A stretch of DNA of 63,658 nt, counting the filler, from Collodictyon triciliatum (lineage: Eukaryota), in assembly GCA_043381765.1 (NCBI GenBank). It is 11 parts of 11 records of this genome, joined end to end, with 100 filler letters (N's around TTAATTAATTAA, not from the genome) between each part and the next. Parts side by side here need not be neighbours in the genome. Positions count along the whole stretch, not along the records: positions 35,366 to 44,622 come from JBHJMP010004941.1; positions 44,723 to 50,508 come from JBHJMP010004942.1; positions 50,609 to 56,389 come from JBHJMP010004943.1; 8 more parts are not named here. One strand, written 5' to 3'. Below, in pieces: positions 42,536-53,600 of the stretch. The translations under genes and the position numbers were made by a program. Each line of letters begins with the position of its first letter. Within the stretch, counting starts at the first letter, position 1. Below the pieces are notes generated by a model that saw nothing but the letters and a program-made list of their open reading frames with translations, was not told where the DNA came from and did not search any database.

Positions 42536-44722
42536 CTCTCTCGCTCCCTGCCAAGTGATTGTGTAAGTTTTGTAAGCACATAGGCTCGTATGCTGTTGAT
42601 GCAGTGGGCCGGGCGAAAGCCGCTCTGATGCCTCCAAAGCAGCCCGAAGCCAATCAAAAAGCATGTTCGTTAATGTGGAAAATAAATATATTTATATTAT
42701 TTATACATATTATCTATAATAAAATTTTAATATATGTCATTATATGTGGAAGTAATATAATATATTTACTTAACCAGTTTGACACGTATAGTGGTTTGTA
42801 TCTGTCGAGGTGCCCGATAGTGAAGCAGAGCTATGATAGCGACCGAGCCAAGTTGGATATATTATGTTTCGGGCCAGTTGTGGGAGTACATATACACTCT
42901 GCTTTGCAATTATGGGTGTGCGGATGGAGAAATTTGCTTTATATACACCCATTTGCGGGGCGCAGCAGCTTATAAGGGCAGGCCATCGCGAGGTCAAGAA
43001 GGAATCCATATATTAACGGGAAAGAGCCCAAAGAAATGAATATTCCACATTTGGGCCGGAAAACACACAAATTGAAGCGCAGCCGAACAGAATCCAACCC
43101 GCCGCACAAACCAGAGCCTCCGGCCAATAAATACGATTCGAGTCTGTCCACGGCCAAGATCCGCAATATATACGCAGGCGCTGTGCAAGCATCGGTTCTT
43201 CATTCCCGTTTGTCTGGCCTCCGCCTTCCTCGAGGCTCGACAGCAAATACCCCATATATATATGTGTGTGTTTTTATCTTAATCATTAGAATTTACCTTG
43301 TTTTATCGCTCTCATAGTGAAGCGGCTGGGGCTTTATGTAGAAACCACGGCCAATACCGCGCGGGATATAAGGTCCGGTTTGGCCGTGTGGCCAAGAATC
43401 CGGGGGCTTTGCACGGACCTTGTGGACAGTGGAATAAAGGCTCACAGTCACACTGAATTGTTGGGAGGCCCGATCTTTGGAGACCTGTGTGGGTTGGGGA
43501 GTGCTGGAGCGAATGAATCTCGCCTTTGCTGTGTGAGCAGGCCTTCTTGCGCGTGTGCGGCGGTATATGCTCACCTGCTTGCTTCTTGTAAAGGACTCCT
43601 GGATGGCCCAGCTTGGCACGCGCTTCGACAGGCTGCTCACGCTCCTGGACAGTGAGTCTGCCAAACAACTACGAAACCTTCTTTTTATTTTTATTTTTTT
43701 TATTATTATTATTATTTTTATGGTTTCTATACGTATATTTCGTCGTACACGAGGCAAATCTCCCTTGAGTTGTTACGAAGCGAGCGGCTTCGCTGATTCC
43801 TGTGCTTCTCGCACCAACCCTCGAAGTAGCTTGTTGCCTTCGCGATCGAAAAAAACAAACAAACAAAAAGGCAAGGATCAGTAAGGTCATTTCGAGAGAA
43901 AAGCACCACATAAACTAGAAGGGCAAAATAAGAAGCTGCCTCGCTTAGCTTCGCCGAGTCACAAGCCTTCTCTTTTTTCTTTCTTTCGCTGAGGCGACCT
44001 TCCTCTTCCTTCTGCCTTTGCGTGCAAGTTCTGTCCCGCTTTGCGTCAGCTTGTCTGGCAGCACGTCCCGCTCCACCGCTCTCTGCCCGCAGCGAATCTT
44101 TCGACTGGTCAGCTGCGTCTGACTCCCCCAACCAACCATCGTAGCCGGCAGTTCGCTCGCCACACGCAAAGCAGCTGCCAGCCAAATCGGCGAAATCCAG
44201 CGACAACACCCACACTTTCTTCATACGCTCTTGGCTCGGGTAAGGAAGGCTTGCGAGTGTCTTATCAAAGATACATTTATGTATTTTTTTTATTCTTGTG
44301 CCAATTCAACAATTCTGATTCGCAAAGCCGCGCTCTGATGTGTCTCTCCGCATAACGTGCGTATACGCGCCCACGCACGCAGGTTCAGCCGTTTCTTCGA
44401 AGCAAAAGCTGGGACACACGCATTGCAGCCGGATATGCCATCGAAGCAATAACCAAGAATGTGCCCTTGTGGGACCCTAGTCGTGTTGCGCTCCAAAGTA
44501 ATTAATCTTTTGTGGAATCATATCATATCATATCATATCATATCATATCATATCATATCATATCATATCATATCATATCATATCATATCATATCATATCA
44601 TATCATATCATATCATATCATANNNNNNNNNNNNNNNNNNNNNNNNNNNNNNNNNNNNNNNNNNNNTTAATTAATTAANNNNNNNNNNNNNNNNNNNNNN
44701 NNNNNNNNNNNNNNNNNNNNNN

Positions 44723-44886
44723 ACGAAGAAATTACCGATCGCGTCCAACCGCTCCCATCCCTCGTGAGCTTTCTTTTTTGTCCCAGACATCGATACAATC
44801 AAAAGCAAAGCACAGATGATTGCGGCCATGCAAAGCCATTTCACATTTTCTTTTTTCAAGACATAGGCGAACTTCATTCTCTTCAT
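44723..44886 (-). CDS. Possible 5' end of a type II membrane protein, running off the contig
   Basis: MKRMKFAYVLKKENVKWLCMAAIICALLLIVSMSG: basic N-terminus plus a hydrophobic anchor. Confidence 0.35.
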
Positions 44887-45447
44887 TCTCTTCTGCTTTG
44901 CTTATGCTTTTTGTGTTGCTTTGTGTCTTGCGTTCTTGTGCGGCGCTATGTAACTCTATACTTATTCATACCATATATGTTAAAAATTCTGCTCCATCTT
45001 ACTAAGGCATTTTCTTTGAAATTGCGTTTTGTATGCTTGTGCGCTGTCAGTTGAGAAAATAGCGCGTACTCTGATCGCAGAAGTTGTTTTTTTTTATGCC
45101 ACAAAGACACCAGCTGCCAGCGAGAATGAGGCGGAGCTAACCTAACAACTACGATTTTCATCTAGCACCTTTTATTCTTGTTTCTTTTTTTGCATTTATT
45201 TTTTACATTTCTTCATTTCTCGATTGTTTTCTTTTATTTTTGGCTCGTTGTTGCTTGTATTTTTTTTTTATTTCTTGATCGTTTTATGATTATTTTTTTT
45301 ATTTTTTCATTATCATTGCGTTCTGCCTTTTCAACATATTACAGACGGTATACTTCGAGGAAGGGGGATAAGGGATGAATATGCTCTATTCCGTTGAAAA
45401 CAAAAATTAATGTTTTTTTTTCTCAGGGACAGTACACCACGAGAAAA

Positions 45448-48400
45448 ATGAACAAAGTGCAAGAATTTGCGGCGAATGACCCCAAGAGCCCGAAAGGTTC
45501 TTCAATCGACTCCCCAACGATCCGATATCCATCCTCCCAAATCAAAAACGGGAGGATGGTGATGAAAGTTCGGCAAGTCAACTTAGCCTCGACTGAGATC
45601 AATCCCAGTAATACCCTGAATGAAGAAGTATTTGACACCATCGCTATCGATCGCGGTTTCGAACCACATGATGAAGATTTCACTCGAATTTTCTCAGACG
45701 TCTTGAATACTGTGCAATACCCAGAGATGGAGAGATTGGCGGGGATTCGGATAAATCCGATAACGCTTGTGTGAGTTTTTTTTTTTTTTTTGCTTCAAGG
45801 CATAGATATTGAGACCATCGTACACCTTTAATTACTTGCATGGAAAACACCCCTGAAGTATTATATAATTTTCACTTCTTGAATTATTAGATTCAACTAT
45901 GAGGATTTGGAGAAAGATTATATGGATACCGTGTTCCGAGAGATGAAACCTGTGCTTCGGAATGCATTATATACTGCACTTGTGACTGATTCGCTTTTTG
46001 TGGCTTTTAATTTTATTGCTGGGTATGTGGCTCTTGAATATACTTATTAACCGATTATATGAACTATATTTATGATAGTAATATTTTATCTCGCTTCATT
46101 TGATAGATAAATCGGCAGGGGGATATAACGTGATAATCAATATATTAGGCAAATAACCGAGGCAGTTGTAACAAGCATATATCTTGTTTTCCTGGCTCTT
46201 CTACTGATGGGTCTATTGCAAGTTAAAAACACGTCAGATCTTATCAGATTTTTTTCATTGGATACTTTCAGTTTTAAATTATAATGGAGGTGTATTCTAT
46301 TGAATTATTACAAAAATAGGTACAAGTACTTATGGGCGATTGCTTATACATCAAGTTTCGGAATTTTTATACTTGTATATAAGTCTTCCGGCAATATTTC
46401 AATGTCTGAATACCTCATTCTTTGTCTCTACGTAAGTTTAATGATTAAATCATAGACTAATCATCTCTGAATATGCAGTCCTGAATGTGATTATCATTTG
46501 GCCCAAATATTATTTTCATTTAATTCATCAATTACAGTTATTCCATTCATTAATCCGATACCGTCTGGAGATAAGTGCGAGGTATACTGTTTTCTTGGTG
46601 TCGATTGGATTATGGGCTTTAAAAACATATTCTACATGGATTCAATGGGGAAGAATTGCGAATTTTCTAATAGGATTCACTATAAATATTGTTATAAATG
46701 AATATCTAATTGAAAGGATTCACAGGATGTGAGCATCTTTCTTTTTTTTTTTCTAATTGTATGAGTCAAGAAACGATTTTCCGCATTTCATGAGATATAA
46801 GCTTTCAATAAATCATCTATCAATATTGGTGATAAGATACGCAAAATAATGAATAATATCATTTTACTTTCTTCATCAGAAATTTTATCAGAACAAAGAA
46901 AATATCCTTATGCCGAGACATTCACGAGCATGAAAAGGCAAAGACAAAAGAAATTCTCTATAACCTATATCCAAGGTTAGATTAATTGAATGTTTCGCCC
47001 ATTTATTTTATGAGTATAATAATTTTTTTTCGTTAAACCCTGTGGCTTCATAAAAATGTACTTGCTCGACCTCCTAGGGATACAGCTAGGAAACTTGAAT
47101 CAAATCCGAATCTGAAATCTGTATGGTATAGCCCCAAGATTTCTGTATTCATCTCTGTGTCCATCGAGAAATTGTTATATGAAGGAAATCCCCGAGGAAT
47201 GAAAAAGGAGGATATTTTTGCGTAACCTTTATTAGATTAAAATTTGCTTTTAACGTACATGTATATATATATATTGCTTTTTCAAGCAAAACTTTGACTG
47301 CCTTTAAAAAAATATTCAAACAGGCTGATATCCTCAATATTTTCAAGGTAATTTGTTTTGATGCCACTTTCACCCGTGATTATACCTTTTAACGCGATAT
47401 TACTAAATTACAGAAACAATATTGATGTGTTGAAGCAGATAGGTATTAAGATTTCATAAATATATTATCACATGCCTTTTTTTTTTTGGTTTTTTTGGTT
47501 TTTTTGGTTTTTTTGGTTTTTTTGGTTTTTTTGGTTTTTTTGGTTTTTTTGGTTTTTTTGGTTTTTTTGGTTTTATGTTAATGATGTTTTTTATTTCTCA
47601 ATAATCCGAGAAGGGAGCACCTGCATGGTAAGAATCGCTTCGTTCTTACAAAATATATTACAATACTTAGCTGTGAAAACCAAGTCATTTTAATTCTTTT
47701 TTTCTCTCTATTATAGGCTGTGTGTGGCCTATTTGGGTGTGTAGATGAGCCTAACAGGGAAGCATTCAAGGCAATTACCCAACTTCGAGACCAAATTGTC
47801 TCTGGAACAGGCATCAACACAAATTTAGATTCGGATGTACGTACGATGAAATTGAACATAACACATCACGGTGTAATAATCCTATTAATATACCCACCAG
47901 TATATAGTGGTGACCTCGAATAAATTTTCACAGATTCAAATCATTGTGACTTGTGGGAAAGGATTTGGTGGGATATATCAAGGGCGCAGAAACTTGGAGA
48001 CATATGGAGATGGTTTTCTTGTTTTCTTGTTTTTATTTTAAAAAATAGTTTTTTTTTTGTTGTGCACAAAGTCGGTATTATTCATAATTGTATTGAGAAA
48101 GTATTTTCTGTTTCATTTAGTGTTTGTGATTTACGTAATGTTTGGAAAACTCTTATTGAAATCTCTGTTCATAATAAATCCTAGGAATTCTTAGTTTAAT
48201 CGATGGTTTTCTGGAAATTGATACAACCGGTCTTTTCTTATCGCAGAGCTTTTTGCATTTATCGGTAAATGTGTCAATTACTTTAGTTTTATTGTAAATT
48301 TTTCTTAATAAGCTGCATCTTAGTCTGAAATATCATTACCGGTAGAATATCCAAGAAACAGATAGCCTAAAAAAAATCGGAGACACCTGGTTCAAAGTTT

Positions 48401-50303
48401 CGTTTGAAGCTATTCAACCCATCACAGACACTATGAGGTTGTCGATACAGGGTTTATGCATGGTGCCTAATGACGATGGTTTGCCGAATTCCAGATTACA
48501 GCACTCTTATGTTGAGGACGAAGATGTTAGGGTGTGTATATATTGTCTTCCTTCCTCTTATGTTCACAACAAAATCATCATTTGATAAGCACTATTTTAT
48601 TGTATTTTATTTGTCGAAATATTCTTTGAGTAAATATATCATTTTATGAACTCTATGACCCCATGTAATTCAATATGAAGGAGCCAAAAAAACCTGCGAC
48701 AGATGATAAAGATTCGAGTTTTGTTGGCGTTATTCGTAATAGGAGAAAAAGAGCACTACCATTAAAGTTAATTTAATTTCACGCCAAAAATTTTACAATA
48801 TTACAATTTTGTAATAAAGAATTCCTTAGGGTGCACTCCTTCATTTCCTTATTCAATACGACCTCATTTACTATCGTCATTGGTTCATTCTTGTACGATA
48901 TCCTTAAAGATGATAATTACGGATATTATGCTTTGATTTGGTACTTTGTACTTCGCTGTGCATTACTATGGGTTTTCGTGTCTGGGACGTGCATGAGTCT
49001 CTTTATGGGTGTATATGAAACTACATTCGAAGCCCGATATCTCCAACAAATCCATCGTTTCCCACAAATAGCTTCAATTATTTATATTGCAATAACAACA
49101 GTTGTTGCAATTATGTTCTATCCTTTTCTTTTCCAATCAAGGGATGATAATGCTATATCCATCCTACTATTCGAAGGGTTTGCCTCACTTGCATTTTTTG
49201 CAATATGTCCTTCAGTCCGATACATACAACTTTCTCGCTTTTCTATCATATAGTGTATTGTTTGGTCAGTCATTTACTTCTACTATGGTCCGTCTCTGAG
49301 GTTTTAATTCCTTCTCAAAAAATTAAGATATTAACCACGAAGGGATATTGATATGTAAAGGGAAAATAGTTAGAGAACCCTTATCCTCCACAAAAAATAA
49401 CATCCTTGTAAAAATAATAAAAGTGTGATATTGCTTATAATTAGGATTTACAACTTTGCGCAGCGTTTGCTAATAGTATTCACAAAATGTGTAATGTTAA
49501 TATTGCCAGTAATTTTGGGATGCAAGAAAAAGGAAGAAGCTCTTGAAGAGTCCCGAAAGAAAAGAGCCCAACAAAAACAGGTATAAAATCTATGAAAGAA
49601 TTTGATAAGTTTATAATTATAGTAGTGGGAAAATACATCTTTAGATTTATTTGGGGACACGTTCGCTAACATATTTAATTTTTATAGGAAACAAGCAAGA
49701 TTGACGACCAAAGAAAAAGAATTGAAAGTGTTATTTTATCAGTTCTCCCTCACAAAGTTTATTCCTTGTTGCGATCTGGAGATATACAAGAGATATTGGA
49801 TGTTGAATGCTGCTCCGTTTTGGTCCTAAAATTATATCCCCGGGGAATGAAGTCCTCAGATTTTGAAAGCGTGGAGCACTTTAAATTTTTACAAGGTTTT
49901 AATCCTGATGACATGATTTTTTTATGTCAGACTATACAAATGAATTAAACTTCCTCTAATGCAGAAAAAAGCCTAATTCTTAGATTTACTGAGTGTTAAA
50001 CAAATGCGCTCGCATGGTATTTTAATCATACAATTTTACTATCAAATAAATTTTCGTTTTTTTTTTTAAGAAACGTCCACATTTCTGGAAAGAGTAGCCT
50101 CGATTCACAAAGTCGATTTGGTGAAAAGCATTGGATATCTCTCGATTGTATGTCAACCCTTTATTTTTCGATTACTTATGATTAAATACATATGATATAC
50201 TATAATGGAGACCTCGTACAACCCTCCTATTTGCAGTTTGCATCTGGGTACCACGGAATCGAGCTGAATCATACCGAGTCTCTCTTGCGGTTTGCTATAT
50301 CGG
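45448..50303 (+). CDS. Polytopic membrane class III nucleotide cyclase-like protein (TM-cyclase-TM-cyclase), degenerate; 3' end missing
   Basis: TM-rich exons, then ILYNLYPRDTARKL, DVLKQIGSTCMAVCGL and FKVIVTCGKGFGGIYQGRRNLETYG. A second TM cluster is followed by VDLVKSIGYLSIFASG..HTESLLRFAIS. Confidence 0.75.
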
Positions 50304-50608
50304 TATGATGCTCGGAAAATGTAAAACTAAGTCTTCCTTTCTTTTTCTTTTTCCTTTTTGCTTTTGAATTTTTATTCGTTTTCTATTCGTTTTCTATTCG
50401 TTTTCTATTCGTTTTCTATTCGTTTTCTATTCGTTTTCTATTCGTTTTCTATTCGTTTTCTATTCGTTTTCTATTCGTTTTCTATTCGTTTTTTATTCGA
50501 TTTTTATTNNNNNNNNNNNNNNNNNNNNNNNNNNNNNNNNNNNNNNNNNNNNTTAATTAATTAANNNNNNNNNNNNNNNNNNNNNNNNNNNNNNNNNNNN
50601 NNNNNNNN

Positions 50609-53600
50609 TTTTTTTTTTTTCTTTTTCTTTTTCCGACGGAAAAGGGACTAATATGGTCGAGTATGTTTCCCTCTCGATGAAGGTTCTCTTTGTCTCCCGC
50701 ATTGGCCTGAGTGAAGGTGACTTGGACAAGTACATAAAAGATGCGATTGGGACAGGATTCGAGCTTGCTGAATGGTTTGCTTTCTCTTTAATTTTAATGG
50801 AATAAATAGGTTTAGCCTTTTCTTTTCTTATTCTTATTCTTTAATTTATCTTTTATCCGTTCAAATAGGAAATCCTTTTTCTTTACCCTTATCGAGTCAC
50901 TTTTAGTCCGTAATGGAAGGTTGGTTTTATTTTTTTCCTTTATTCGATTCAAAGTGTATGGTTGGTTTTATTTTTAAATTATTTGGTTCTTTAATCGGTG
51001 CACTTTCGGTATAATTTTATTTTGGATTTAAAGCTAATTATTGCTTATCATAGATACATGTACTTCCACCAGCTGCTGTTGTTGACCACCGAAAAGTTCT
51101 ATTTCTCTGAAGTGAAAGAGATGGAAAAAACCCACGAAAAATACGGAAAATGGTTGTTTGGTCAGTATTCTGAGGCTGCTGACGTGGATGAGGAGCTTGC
51201 TGCTGAGATATGCTACCAGCTTCTGCAGGGCAGTTCGTTTGACTTGCTTGTGGAATACATGAAGCAAAAACATGTAGTTTTTTATTTTTATTTTAAATTT
51301 TATTCGATTATTCTATACATAATGAAACGATTTTCACTTATTATTTTGAATATTTCATAGGTTATCAGCATCATGCTCGGTGGTCGTTATCGCTACGAGT
51401 TCTTTACGTGCTGGAGAGCAATCAACGCAAGTGGAGCGGCGAACTACAAAGATGCTTATGGAAGCTTGGCTAAGGTATTTTATTATTTAGTTTTATTTTT
51501 TTGAAGGTTACTACTCACAAAATGTAATTTTCAATCACCATTTAATTTTTAATTTAATTATTTTTCAGTCTTTGGATAATGTGGGAGACCTGCTTGTCGA
51601 TTTTTTCGTGGAGTCTTTTGAGAACTCGTTTTTGTTGTCTGTTCTGAATGTGCGTCTTGGAAAGCATCAGACAGAAGGTATGCAATTTATTATCTCTTTT
51701 GAATGATTTATCTCATTAAGACAAGTTTATATGTAGATATGTTGAATAATCTATTAATTTATAGGTTCGAAGGCTGCTGATTACCTGAATCTTGGTCGTG
51801 TCTACAAGAACCTCCAAAAGTATAAAAAATATATATAAAAAACATTAATGATTGTAATTAAGACATGACATGATGTTTATAATGCAAACTTTTCTAAAAT
51901 AAAATTAAACAGCTGGGCTGAGTCCATGGTCTACTACAAGAAATGTCTCAATTCAGTCGAAATTAATGAAGATGATTCCTTGCGTATTGCCACCATTCAT
52001 GAAGAGATGGGAATCATCTACCAGCAACAGGATAAGTAAGGCTCGTCAGCTATTTCAATTTTAGAATGAATTATGAATAATGTTTAAAAAAATAGTGTTT
52101 TGATTTGTTTATAAAATAGAATTGATCAGGCTCTCGATGAATACAAGAAATCCCTGGAATTGAGAGTCAAACAACTAGGCGAGAACGATTTGCAAGTGGC
52201 CCAATCACATGACCGCTTCGGAGACATATATGTGAAGCAGTCAAAGTAATATTTAATCATATGTTTTCGTTAACATTCCGCTTATATTTCTGTAAATATA
52301 AGTTTGTTGATCAATATTTATGATAGGAATGAGGAAGCTCTGGCTGAATACACAAAGGCCATGGAAATTCGCCGAAAAAAAGTAGGAAACGAGCATCCTC
52401 TTGTCGCAACATCGTACCAGAACTATGGCCATGTCTCTCTGGCTGGGAAAAAGTAGCATAGTCATTCGATTTAAGCTGATTTTAAATATGGTTATAATTT
52501 TTGAGAAATATTAATATGATTGAATCATCAAGATATGAAGAATCTGTTGAAAACTACGAAAAAGCGAAATCTACCCTTGAAAAATTGCTGGGGGCTAAGC
52601 ATGCGTCTGTTGCCTCGACAATCCAGTTTATTGCGAGTGTTCATCTTGCCAGTGGAAAGTTTGGATTTCTATATTACAGATATTTTCATACAATAATTTT
52701 GTGTTTCTTTCAATTTTTTCAAGATGAATGTGGCTTCATATCTTTCATTTGCATCCTATTTAGGGTTAATTTTTTACATAATGTAATTTTAACTAATTTT
52801 TTATGGCTAGCGAACCTAAGCCAACATCTCCACCATCCTGCACAAAATTGAAAGAAGAATAAAAAAAATTAAACTAATTAGATAAATATCAAATAACCAT
52901 CGTCTTATATAGGAAAACTGAGGCCGTGTCCTCATTAAAACAATCGCTGGATATTTTCATGTCTGCCCTGGGTGAAAATCATCCGAATGTTGTGGCCTGC
53001 TTTGAGATGATTGGAGACATCAGCCATGATTTGAAGGAGTATCTCTTTTTTTTTCTTTTTTTTTTTATTCTTCCTTTCAACTTTTGTGCAGGACCGAGGG
53101 AAGGAGTATCTCTTTTTATAAATTATTTTTGTATTTTTTAATTGAAAAGAATAATTTACTTAATCATATTATCTTAGCTTTAAGGGTGCTCTGGACGCCT
53201 ATACGAAGACGCTGGATATTCGCATGAGAACACTGGGCGAAAATCATGCTGATTATGCGACTTCCCTTGAGAATGTTGGCAGAACAAACTGTGAGCTTAA
53301 AAGGCAAATTGCTCTATTATATTAAAAATCGAATATTTTGATTAACACTTGTAAAAAAAAAACAATAAATATTGAATAATCAATAATGTGCATGCATTTA
53401 GATTGGACCAAGTAGTTGAATACTTCCAAAAGGCAGCTGCTATCAGAAAGGAAACAAATACCACCATATCACTGAAAGACGGTTCACAATGTACAAGAAT
53501 TGCGCAAATTATGGGAGACAAGGAAGAGCATGAAGCCGTCATCCAGCTTTACAAAAAAGCTGCTGTCAGACATGCTGAAAAGTCCTCCTTTGAAAACTGG

